64,000 nt of DNA from Candidatus Pollutiaquabacter aromativorans (GTDB taxonomy: Bacteria; Bacteroidota; Bacteroidia; AKYH767-A; 2013-40CM-41-45), in assembly GCA_049177215.1 (NCBI GenBank), contig CP185379.1, positions 2,921,549-2,985,548 of the forward strand, given 5' to 3'. Under the pieces are notes generated by a model. It saw only the letters and a list, made by a program, of their open reading frames with translations. It was not told where the DNA came from and searched no databases. The position numbers and the translations under genes are program-made. This document shows positions 1-7,909 of this stretch, in pieces (position 1 is the first letter of the stretch; each line of letters starts with the position of its first letter).

Positions 1-669
1 AGCGTCGACAAGGCCGTGGAGCGCCTGCGCCAGCAGGAGGTGATGATCCATACGATCTACTGCGTCGCGCCCGGCGAACGCAAGGCGGTACGCGGCTGGC
101 AGCGCATCGCGCAATACAGCGGCGGCAAGCACGACGCCATCTCGCTCCGCACCCGGTACTTCGACAATGTCGCGGGCTTCAACCTGCAGCGCTTCCGCGC
201 GCTGAACCGGAAGTTCAACGCCACCTACCTCTATTACGGTGTCGGCGGGGCCAAGCGCTGGCGGATGCAGACGGAAGAAGACAACCACATCTACGTCACC
301 AACACCGAAGGCTATCGCTTCCGGGCGCTGTACAAGATCTCGGACGATTACCAGCAGAAGAACGCCGACTGGGACCTCGTCGATCTCTACTACCGCAACC
401 CGGTCGCCTTCATGCAGGTGGACCGCAAGACGCTGAACGACTCCTGCAGGAAGATGACCAACGCGCAGTTGAAGTCGTACATCATCTACAAGAAATACGA
501 ACGCAAGAAACTCGCGGCGCTGATCGCCGACATGGTCACCGAGAAAGAACTGAAAGACCGCGAAGCGGGCCGACTCACCCAGAAACGCATGCCGACACTC
601 GACGTGGTCAGCCTGCGCATGCTGCGGGAGATCCTGGTGCCCCGCGGCATCCAATGTCCGGAATACTGA
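1..669 (+). CDS. hypothetical protein (5'-truncated by window edge)
   Basis: The open frame runs from nt 1 to the stop at 667-669. Codon usage is coherent. No motif was recognised. Confidence 0.45.
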   Translation, partial: SVDKAVERLRQQEVMIHTIYCVAPGERKAVRGWQRIAQYSGGKHDAISLRTRYFDNVAGFNLQRFRALNRKFNATYLYYGVGGAKRWRMQTEEDNHIYVTNTEGYRFRALYKISDDYQQKNADWDLVDLYYRNPVAFMQVDRKTLNDSCRKMTNAQLKSYIIYKKYERKKLAALIADMVTEKELKDREAGRLTQKRMPTLDVVSLRMLREILVPRGIQCPEY

Positions 670-670
670 G

Positions 671-1390
671 ATGAGCGCATTCAACAAATGGATCTTCGGC
701 GGGCTCGGCTGGGCCCTGGGCGGACCGATCGGCGGCATCCTCGGCTTCGCCCTGGGCGCGATCACCGAAGAATCCGGCAAGACCTACAAGGCCGAGCCGC
801 AACGCATGCTGCCGAACGACTTCAGCGCGGCGCTGTTGGTACTGTGCGCGGCGGTGATGAAAGCCGACCAGAAGGTGATGCGCTCGGAGCTGGAGTTCGT
901 CCGGCAATTCTTTGCGCGTCAGTTCGGCGAGCAGATCACCCAGGACCGCATGCTGTTGTTCCGGGAGATCCTGAAGCAGGACATCGCCATCGGCGCCGTC
1001 TGCGGACAGGTACGCCAGATGGTGGACCCGCCCTCCCGCCTGCAACTGCTGCACCTGCTGTTCGGCCTGGCCGCGTCCGACGGACAAGTCTCCAAGCCGG
1101 AGCTCACCGTGCTGGAACAGATCGCCCACCTGATCGGCATCGCCGGAAAAGATTTTGAGAGCATCAAAGCCATGTTCGTCTCCGATCCCGACGCGGCCTA
1201 CCGCATCCTCGAGATCGAACGCACGGTCAGCGACGACGAAGTCAAGAAGGCCTACCGCCGCATGGCGATGAAATACCATCCCGACAAAGTCCACCACCTC
1301 GGTCCCGAGTACCAGAAAGACGCCCAGGAAAAGTTCAAGAAGATCAACGAGGCGTATGAGGAGGTGAAGCGGGAGCGGGGGATGAAGTGA
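671..1390 (+). CDS. djlA: DjlA-like co-chaperone with an N-terminal Gly-zipper TM helix, a TerB-like domain and a C-terminal J-domain
   Basis: The N-terminus reads [21 protein letters not shown]. The C-terminus carries the J-domain motif [15 protein letters not shown]. This three-part architecture matches E. coli DjlA. Confidence 0.75.
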   Translation: MSAFNKWIFGGLGWALGGPIGGILGFALGAITEESGKTYKAEPQRMLPNDFSAALLVLCAAVMKADQKVMRSELEFVRQFFARQFGEQITQDRMLLFREILKQDIAIGAVCGQVRQMVDPPSRLQLLHLLFGLAASDGQVSKPELTVLEQIAHLIGIAGKDFESIKAMFVSDPDAAYRILEIERTVSDDEVKKAYRRMAMKYHPDKVHHLGPEYQKDAQEKFKKINEAYEEVKRERGMK

Positions 1391-1576
1391 GTTTCCGGTT
1401 TCGAGTTTCGGGTTTCGGGTTAGTTGAAGGTTGAAGGTTGAAGGTTGAAAGTTGAAGGTTGAAAGTTGAAAGTTGAAAGTTGCGTTTCGGCTCACTGCTC
1501 ACATCCCGCGTCCCTCCATAATAACAACTGGAAACCCGAAACCGGAAACCCGAAACTGCAAACCACAAAACCCGAG
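1391..1576. repeat. long imperfect palindrome built from heptamer tandem repeats: (GTTTCGG)x4, then (GGTTGAA/GGTTGAAA)x9, then a (CCGAAAC)-type right arm
   Basis: Read directly from the sequence. The left arm is gtttccggtttcgagtttcgggtttcgggtt. The right arm is ggaaacccgaaaccggaaacccgaaac. It lies between the djlA stop and the cvpA start. Confidence 0.85.
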
Positions 1577-1607
1577 CACCAAATCTGCGTACAAGCAGTT
1601 CCTATCC

Positions 1608-2075
1608 ATGAACCTGCTCGATCTCCTCCTCGCCCTCATCCTGCTCATCGGACTGGTGAAGGGGTTCATCAACGGTTTCATTTATGAGCTGGCGGTGGTG
1701 GCGAGTTTTTTTCTGGGGATCTACCTGGGCTGGCGACTGGCGGATACGGTGGCTCCGAAAGTCGCGTCGATGCTAGACACTTCCCCGACCACGACGCATT
1801 ACATCGCATTCTTCCTGGTGTTCCTGGCGGTATCGGTGGGGATCTTCTTCCTGGCGAAGTTGCTGGAAGGACTGATCGGCATCGCGGCGCTGGGGATCTT
1901 CAACAAACTACTCGGCGCCCTGTTCGGCTTCGGCAAGTACCTGCTCATCACCAGCGTGGCCCTCTACTTTTTTCACAAGGCCGATGCAAAGTTCCACTGG
2001 CTCAAAGCGGACACTAAGGCGGAGTCGGTCTTGTATTATCGGGTGTTGAAGGTAGCGCCGGCGCTGTGGAAGTAG
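1608..2075 (+). CDS. cvpA: CvpA family membrane protein (colicin V production protein-like)
   Basis: The protein starts MNLLDLLLALILLIGLVKGF and has several TM helices typical of CvpA. The annotated ORF at 1473 starts inside the repeat, so the internal ATG at 1608 is preferred. Confidence 0.7.
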   Translation: MNLLDLLLALILLIGLVKGFINGFIYELAVVASFFLGIYLGWRLADTVAPKVASMLDTSPTTTHYIAFFLVFLAVSVGIFFLAKLLEGLIGIAALGIFNKLLGALFGFGKYLLITSVALYFFHKADAKFHWLKADTKAESVLYYRVLKVAPALWK

Positions 2076-2210
2076 GGACGAGGGACGAGACCGAGGGACG
2101 AGTGTGTTCCGAGTTTCGGGTTCCGAGTTTCGGGTTTCGTGTTAAAATAGCTCTCCCGTACGTTGTATTGTTAAAATTCTATTCACTGTTCACTTTTCAC
2201 TGTTTACTGA
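2076..2210. repeat. heptamer tandem arrays: (GGGACGA)n, then (GTTYCGA/GTTTCGG)n, then (TGTTCAC/TATTCAC)n
   Basis: Read directly from the sequence. Examples are gggacgagggacgagaccgagggacgag and gttccgagtttcgggttccgagtttcgggtttcgtgtt. Confidence 0.8.
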
Positions 2211-2426
2211 AACAAAACGTCCCGGCATCGACTCATCGGGGACCGATCTACGGCCATTTCATGCCTCATACCTGATGGATCATTTCCGCGACCCCTACGG
2301 GGCCGAAATAAAAAATGGATTCTCGGTGCCAGGATACCGTGACCCCTACGGGGTCATCGTTAGCTCAACGACTGGCGTTGCGTTAATCCGCCCGCCCAGG
2401 CATGCTACAGGCAAGGGCAAACTGCC

Positions 2427-2508
2427 TACTGTTTACTGTTTACTGTTTACTGTTCACTATTCGCTATTCGCTATTCGCTATTCGCTCCACACTGTTCACT
2501 GTTCACTC
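2427..2508. repeat. heptamer tandem array (TGTTTAC)x3 (TGTTCAC) (TATTCGC)x4 (TGTTCAC)x2 that overlaps the last about 12 nt of pgk
   Basis: Read directly from the sequence. The pgk C-terminus LSEQ and its stop are encoded within the terminal (TGTTCAC) units. Confidence 0.85.
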
Positions 2509-3713
2509 AAAACAGCCGCTACTCCCGGCAGCACCTTTCCCTCAAAATACTCCAGCAGTGCTCCACCGCCGGTGGAAACATAGGAGACTTTGTCGCCGAA
2601 ACCGAATTGGTTGACGGCCGCGGCGGAGTCGCCACCGCCGATGAGGGAGTACGCGCCCTTGACCGTCGCTTCCGCGATGGCTTCCGCGACTTTGCGGGTA
2701 CCGTTGGCGAACTTTTCCATTTCGAACACGCCCATCGGTCCGTTCCAGAGGATGGTCTTCGATTCGCGGATCACCTGCTGGAAGTCGGCCACGGCCTGCG
2801 GGCCGATGTCGAGTCCCATCCAGCTGTCGGGGATCGCGTTGTTGGCCGCGATGGAGGTGTTGGCGTCCTTGTCGAACTTGTCGCCGAGCACCGAGTCCGC
2901 TGGCAGGAGCAGTCGACAACCTTTCGCCTTTGCCTTTTCGATCAGTGATTTGGCCAGGTCGAGCTTGTCTTCTTCCACAAGCGAGTTGCCGACCTGTCCG
3001 CCCATGGCTTTGAAGAACGTATACGCCATCCCGCCGCCGATGAGAATGTTGTCGGCCTTGTCGAGGAGGTTTTCGATGATGAGGATCTTATCGCTCACCT
3101 TCGCTCCGCCCATCACCGCGGTATACGGACGGGCGGGCTGGTGCATGACCTTCTCAGCATTGTCGAGCTCGGCGGCCATGAGGTAGCCGAAGCATTTCTT
3201 GCCGGGGAAGCTGGAGGCGATGACGGCGGTGGAAGCATGCGCACGGTGCGCGGTACCGAAGGCGTCGTTCACGTAGAAGTTGCCGTGCCGCGCGAGTTGC
3301 GCGGCGAATTCCGCGTCGCCTTTCTCTTCCTGCTTGTAGAAGCGCAGGTTCTCCAGCAGCAGCACTTCACCCGGCTTCAGGGCAGCCGATTGAGCGTAGG
3401 CGTCGTCGCCGATGCAATCGTCGGAAAAGCGGACCGGCCGACCGAGCAGTTCGGCGGTGCGTTGTACGGCATGCCGCAGGGTGAATTTCTCACGATCGAT
3501 GGATCCATCTTCTTTCAGCTTCTTGAGCGGGCGGCCCAGGTGGGAAAGCAGGACCACCGATCCTCCGTCGGCGAGGATCTTGTTGATGGTCGGCAGGGCA
3601 GCCCGGATACGGGTATCGTCGGTGATCCGGAAAGACTTATCCAGGGGAACATTGAAATCCACACGCACCAGCACCCGCAGGCCGGCGAAGTTGAACGAAT
3701 CGACGGTTTTCAT
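2496..3713 (-). CDS. pgk: phosphoglycerate kinase
   Basis: The N-terminus [25 protein letters not shown] is the Pgk hallmark. The length is about 405 aa. The internal ATG at 3711-3713 on the minus strand is chosen rather than the 3776 ORF start. Confidence 0.92.
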   Translation of the reverse strand: MKTVDSFNFAGLRVLVRVDFNVPLDKSFRITDDTRIRAALPTINKILADGGSVVLLSHLGRPLKKLKEDGSIDREKFTLRHAVQRTAELLGRPVRFSDDCIGDDAYAQSAALKPGEVLLLENLRFYKQEEKGDAEFAAQLARHGNFYVNDAFGTAHRAHASTAVIASSFPGKKCFGYLMAAELDNAEKVMHQPARPYTAVMGGAKVSDKILIIENLLDKADNILIGGGMAYTFFKAMGGQVGNSLVEEDKLDLAKSLIEKAKAKGCRLLLPADSVLGDKFDKDANTSIAANNAIPDSWMGLDIGPQAVADFQQVIRESKTILWNGPMGVFEMEKFANGTRKVAEAIAEATVKGAYSLIGGGDSAAAVNQFGFGDKVSYVSTGGGALLEYFEGKVLPGVAAVLSEQ

Positions 3714-3766
3714 GGGTGCGAAGGTAAAAAACGTGAAAGGCACCTGACCGCTCCGTGTCAAGTTGA

Positions 3767-4540
3767 TTACTGACACGCAACCACCAACCGCAACGCCCCA
3801 TCAAAGAACGGCCCACTGCGGTAGTGCCCGAACCGGCGTTCCCATTCGCCGTTTTGGAGGGCGGTGGCGAGGCGCTCGACCAGCACGGCTTCCTGCCCGG
3901 CCGGCAGGAAACCCCAGGCCGATTGCGCCTTGCGGACTTCCGCCCGCAGAAAGGCTTCGGGCCGGGCGTAGAAGGCTTCCTGGAATCCGTCGACGCAATC
4001 GATCGGAATCGGCACGCGGATGATCTCGGCTGCGCCGCCCAATGCCGCTGCGATCGTATCGAGCTTCGGATAACGCGCACGCTCTACGGCAACGAGTTCG
4101 GGGAAGTAGTGGGCGTTCCAGAAATCGTCCAGCCCGTCGGGATCGTAAGTCATGATCACTACCGGTCCGCGCGTCACCCTCCGCATCTCCCGCAAACCGG
4201 CGGGAAGGTCGGGCCAGTGGTGCACGCTGAGCAACGACATGGAAGCATCGAACGCGTTATCGTCGAACGGAAGCTGATCCGCGCGTGCGTCGATGGCGGG
4301 AACGCGACCGGCAGACAGGCGTTGCACACGCATGCTGGCCGAGGGTTCTACCGCAACCACATAACGATCATCCGGCTCGTACGAACCCGCACCCGCGCCG
4401 ACGTTCAGGATGGTCCGGGCTTTCCCAAGCGCCCGATGGATGTACGCCGCGATACGCGGATCGGTCCGGCGATGCCGGGCATAGTGAACCGGAGCGGCGT
4501 CGTAGTCGAAGCCGGGGTGGTGGAAGTCGGGATCCTGCAT
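3767..4540 (-). CDS. class I SAM-dependent methyltransferase
   Basis: The motif LNVGAGAG is SAM-binding motif I. The length is 257 aa. Confidence 0.7.
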   Translation of the reverse strand: MQDPDFHHPGFDYDAAPVHYARHRRTDPRIAAYIHRALGKARTILNVGAGAGSYEPDDRYVVAVEPSASMRVQRLSAGRVPAIDARADQLPFDDNAFDASMSLLSVHHWPDLPAGLREMRRVTRGPVVIMTYDPDGLDDFWNAHYFPELVAVERARYPKLDTIAAALGGAAEIIRVPIPIDCVDGFQEAFYARPEAFLRAEVRKAQSAWGFLPAGQEAVLVERLATALQNGEWERRFGHYRSGPFFDGALRLVVACQ

Positions 4541-4586
4541 GTTCAGGTAGAATAGACTAGCGAGAACGGTTACGAAGTTGATTTAT

Positions 4587-5042
4587 TCAAGTGCGCTGAT
4601 TCCATTCCATCTCCACCAGGTCGTACCCGGGCGCCCAGAAATCGGGAACGGTTCGCAGGGTTCGAAAACCGTTCTTTTCGTAGAAGCCATAACTGATCTG
4701 ACTGGTCCTGACCTTTACCACCTGAATGCGCGGATCGGCCGCCAGCCGGAGCAGACGATGCTGCAACAAACGTGTTCCATAGCCTTTCCCCTGCGCGTCG
4801 GGGTGGAAAACATCCCAACTGATGCGGGCGCATCGCTCCTCCGGAAAATAATTGATGCCGCCGCAACCGATGATCCGCTCCGCTTCACACGCCACAGCAT
4901 AGTCTTCGCGTTCCGAGTCGAGGTAACGCGCAAAGTCGTCCGCTTCGGTCGGCGCGAAGAAGGTCGGAATGTTCAACGCCAGCAGCGAAAGCAGCACCGG
5001 CCGGTCGGCCGGCACGTACGGTCGGATAGAAAAATCGGGCAT
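4587..5042 (-). CDS. GNAT family N-acetyltransferase
   Basis: The protein is about 150 aa and has an acetyl-CoA binding region resembling (Q/R)xxGxG (RLLQHRLLRLAA..GYG). The fold is GNAT-like. Confidence 0.6.
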   Translation of the reverse strand: MPDFSIRPYVPADRPVLLSLLALNIPTFFAPTEADDFARYLDSEREDYAVACEAERIIGCGGINYFPEERCARISWDVFHPDAQGKGYGTRLLQHRLLRLAADPRIQVVKVRTSQISYGFYEKNGFRTLRTVPDFWAPGYDLVEMEWNQRT

Positions 5043-5094
5043 CGCTCCGTAAAGGTACGCGATGCCCGAGGGTGAAGGCGGATGCGGGCAGGAA

Positions 5095-5601
5095 TTAACG
5101 ATGCTGCGCCAGCAATTCGTCGAGGTTGCCGTGCGCCATGGTGAAGCCTTCTTCGAAGCCGAGCTCGATGATGCGCTGCAGGTCTTCTTCCGAATTGAAG
5201 GTCACATCCACCGTCACTTCCGTGCCTTCCGGAACCGGACGGAATTCATTCTTCCACGCCATACCGGGGAACGCATCGGTGCGTACGCCCTGCTCGTCGC
5301 AAAAGAAATCGTCGCCGGTGAATTCGCGTTGCGGCCGGATCGTGTGGAAATTGAAGCACGCGAACATTTTGGAACCGTCCGGCCCGAGCATGTAATAGAG
5401 CCAGTGTCCGCCTTCGCGGAAGTCGTACGATTTGGTGACCGCCTTGAAGGGCTTCGGCGCCCACCATTGTTCGAGCAGGTCTTTTTCCGTCCATGCACGC
5501 CAGACCAGGTCGATCGGACCCAGGAACGTACGGTGGATGATCAGTTTGCGGTTCGCGAGATCCTTAACAATTCGCGTCGGAGGAGGGGTTGTCATTTGCA
5601 T
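5095..5601 (-). CDS. SRPBCC/AHSA1 (activator of Hsp90 ATPase homolog-like) domain protein
   Basis: The protein is 168 aa. It lies downstream of and overlaps an ArsR-family regulator, which is typical for this family. Confidence 0.6.
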   Translation of the reverse strand: MQMTTPPPTRIVKDLANRKLIIHRTFLGPIDLVWRAWTEKDLLEQWWAPKPFKAVTKSYDFREGGHWLYYMLGPDGSKMFACFNFHTIRPQREFTGDDFFCDEQGVRTDAFPGMAWKNEFRPVPEGTEVTVDVTFNSEEDLQRIIELGFEEGFTMAHGNLDELLAQHR

Positions 5602-5929
5602 TGGTTTTGTTTTTTAGTTGAAGGAGGAGGTCGTCGAGCTGGGTGTAACGTTGTTCCCAGAGTTGACGGAATTGTTCGATCCAGTCGGCCACTGACTTCA
5701 GCTTCTCGGGCGGTACCTGATAATAGATCTCGCGACCCTGCTGCCTGCTCTCGATGATGCCGCATTCGTCGAGGATGCGGACGTGCTTGGATATCGCCTG
5801 ACGGGAGACGGAGAAATTCTCGGCCAAGGCGTTCGGCGTCATGGCTTGCAGGACCAACAGACTGATGATCGCGCGCCGGGTGGGATCGGCAATGGCCTGG
5901 AAAATATCGCGGCGTGGTTGGGGTGACAT
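5564..5929 (-). CDS. ArsR/SmtB family transcriptional regulator
   Basis: A winged HTH is present ([46 protein letters not shown]). The internal ATG start at 5927-5929 is preferred. Confidence 0.8.
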   Translation of the reverse strand: MSPQPRRDIFQAIADPTRRAIISLLVLQAMTPNALAENFSVSRQAISKHVRILDECGIIESRQQGREIYYQVPPEKLKSVADWIEQFRQLWEQRYTQLDDLLLQLKNKTNANDNPSSDANC

Positions 5930-5976
5930 TGTGCAACTATATGGTTGCAAATATATGTGCAATTATATGGTTGCAA
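5929..5976. promoter_or_regulatory. candidate ArsR operator: two direct copies of TGTGCAAyTATATGGTTGCAA, each containing TGCAA...TTGCA inverted half-sites
   Basis: Seen in the sequence immediately 5' of the arsR-like start codon on the minus strand. Confidence 0.45.
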
Positions 5977-5994
5977 AAGGAGTGGAGAATAAAA

Positions 5995-6018
5995 ATTAGT
6001 AATTAGTAATTAGTAATT
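5995..6018. repeat. (ATTAGTA)x3 heptamer array
   Basis: Read directly from the sequence. Confidence 0.8.
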
Positions 6019-6037
6019 GAAAATCAATGATTTAAAA

Positions 6038-6700
6038 TTACAAAGTGGCGAAGAACCCGATTTGGGCCCTGCAAATCATGATTTCGTAGCGGACATTTCC
6101 CGCGTCGGGGTGTACGGTCCAGGTGTCTGTTAGTTGGAATCCTTCGTTGGCCAGATCCGCTCGGAGGGCTTCCGGTTCGTGGTTATTGAACCACACCCGA
6201 TCGCCGGTGCTACCGGTACGAAAGCCGGTCTCGCCTCCGGGTTCGACCACGATGCTGAGGTAGAGTTGTCCGTTGGCGACCAGGTTCGCCCGACAGTAGC
6301 GTAAGAACTCGCGCACCTCCGCGCCGGACAGATACGGCAGGCCGAAGCCGCACACGATCGCATGATAGGGTTGCGCCGGTATCGGCAAGGAACGAAGATC
6401 CCCCTGTACGAATTGCGCAGCCGGCACGAGGTGTCGTGCCTGCTCAACCATGGCAGGGGCATAGTCGATGCCGGTGATACGCAGATCGGGTCGCTGTTTT
6501 AAAAAGTAGTGGGCCATGATGCCGGGACCGCAGGCAGCATCCAGCACACGCGCCTCTTTTGGTAAACGCGACAAGAGTGCATCGTATCCCGTCTTGTAAA
6601 GCGCAGGGTCGAGAAATTTCTCCGCGTATAAGGCGGCGTTTTTATCCCAACTGGACTGGGATTCCGCTTCATCAAACGAGTCTTTATCCTTCGAATGCAT
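6038..6700 (-). CDS. class I SAM-dependent methyltransferase
   Basis: The motif VLDAACGPG is motif I. The start at MHSKDKD (cat at 6698-6700) is chosen to avoid overlapping the divergent holB promoter region. Confidence 0.65.
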   Translation of the reverse strand: MHSKDKDSFDEAESQSSWDKNAALYAEKFLDPALYKTGYDALLSRLPKEARVLDAACGPGIMAHYFLKQRPDLRITGIDYAPAMVEQARHLVPAAQFVQGDLRSLPIPAQPYHAIVCGFGLPYLSGAEVREFLRYCRANLVANGQLYLSIVVEPGGETGFRTGSTGDRVWFNNHEPEALRADLANEGFQLTDTWTVHPDAGNVRYEIMICRAQIGFFATL

Positions 6701-6761
6701 AACCAAGTGCAAGATAAGGTTACAGGGTACTCCAAGGCGGCATTTCGTAACTTCGCCACCC

Positions 6762-7901
6762 ATGCGGTTCGCAGCGGTTATCGGCCACAAATCCGTGAAG
6801 GAAAAACTCACGGCTACCGCCCGGGAAGGGCGGGTGAGCCATGCGCAGCTTTTTTTGGGACCCGAAGGCGCGGGCAACCTGGCCATGGCCCTTGCCTATG
6901 CGCAGTTCCTCGTCTGTGAAAACCGCGAAGCGGCCGATTCCTGTGGCACGTGTCCGGCCTGTGTGAAGATGAGCCGCATGGTCCATCCGGATGTTTCGTA
7001 TAGTTATCCGGTGGCGGGCAAGGAAAAGATCAAGAATCCGAAGAGCGTCGACTTCGTGGAAGAATGGCGCAAAGCGGTGACCGACAATCCGTATCTCGGC
7101 TACGCCGAATGGGTCGAACAACTCGACATCGAGAACAAGCAAGGACTCATTTCCGTCGACGAAGCGGCCGACATCCTGCGCCGGCTCAGCCTGAAAGCGG
7201 TGGAGGCGCCGTATCGGATCGTCCTCATCTGGTGTCCGGAAAAGATGAATGCGCAATCGGCGAACAAATTGCTCAAGATCATCGAAGAGCCGCCGGTCGA
7301 CACGGTCTTCCTGCTCGTCGCCAGCCAGTACGAACAACTGCTTCCTACCATCACCTCGCGTACGCAACTCGTCAAGGTGAACCGCCTCCGCGACGACGAA
7401 CTGACTACCGCGCTCGTCGAACGACACGGGCTCAGCCGGGACGACGCGAAGAAAGTGGCGCACCGTTCCGACGGCAGCTACCGGCAGGCGCAGCTCATCT
7501 TATCGGAAGAGACGCCCGAATCGGATCCGGCCGCGCAGTTCCTTGCCTGGATGCGCGCCTGCCTGCAACTCAACGTTGGCGCACTGTCCAAACAGATGGA
7601 CGAATTCGCGAGCGAGTCGCGCGAACGACAGAAGTCCTACCTGCAATTCTGTCTGCAGATCGTGCGCGAATGCGTGTTGCTGCAATACGGCGACGAACGG
7701 TTGGTGCGACTGGAAGGAAAAGACATGGAAGCCTACCGGAAGTTCGCGCCTTTCGTGCATACCGGCAACATGGACATCTTTTCAAAAACGCTCAACGACG
7801 CCATCTTCCACCTCGAGCGCAACGCCAACGCGAAGATCCTGTTCATGGACGTTTCGTTTTCCATCCACCGGCTGTTGCAGCTGAAGGCGGTTCCCGCCTG
7901 A
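6762..7901 (+). CDS. holB: DNA polymerase III subunit delta prime
   Basis: The N-terminus reads GHKSVKEKL...HAQLFLGPEGAGNLAMALAYAQFLVCEN...CGTCPACVKM. This is a clamp-loader AAA+ domain with a zinc module. Confidence 0.85.
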   Translation: MRFAAVIGHKSVKEKLTATAREGRVSHAQLFLGPEGAGNLAMALAYAQFLVCENREAADSCGTCPACVKMSRMVHPDVSYSYPVAGKEKIKNPKSVDFVEEWRKAVTDNPYLGYAEWVEQLDIENKQGLISVDEAADILRRLSLKAVEAPYRIVLIWCPEKMNAQSANKLLKIIEEPPVDTVFLLVASQYEQLLPTITSRTQLVKVNRLRDDELTTALVERHGLSRDDAKKVAHRSDGSYRQAQLILSEETPESDPAAQFLAWMRACLQLNVGALSKQMDEFASESRERQKSYLQFCLQIVRECVLLQYGDERLVRLEGKDMEAYRKFAPFVHTGNMDIFSKTLNDAIFHLERNANAKILFMDVSFSIHRLLQLKAVPA

Positions 7902-7909
7902 AGCCCGGC

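Noticed and set aside
688-1158. An ORF of 156 aa overlapping djlA in another frame
   Set aside because: It is an Arg/Pro/Gly-rich alternative-frame artefact, and the djlA frame carries the conserved J-domain.
1391-2508. Possible CRISPR array suggested by the short direct repeats
   Set aside because: The units are 7 nt and directly tandem with no unique spacers. No cas genes are nearby. This is not CRISPR.
2066-2614. ORFs of 69-102 aa between cvpA and pgk
   Set aside because: They lie entirely within the heptamer repeat arrays. Their translations are repetitive and they have no ribosome-binding context.
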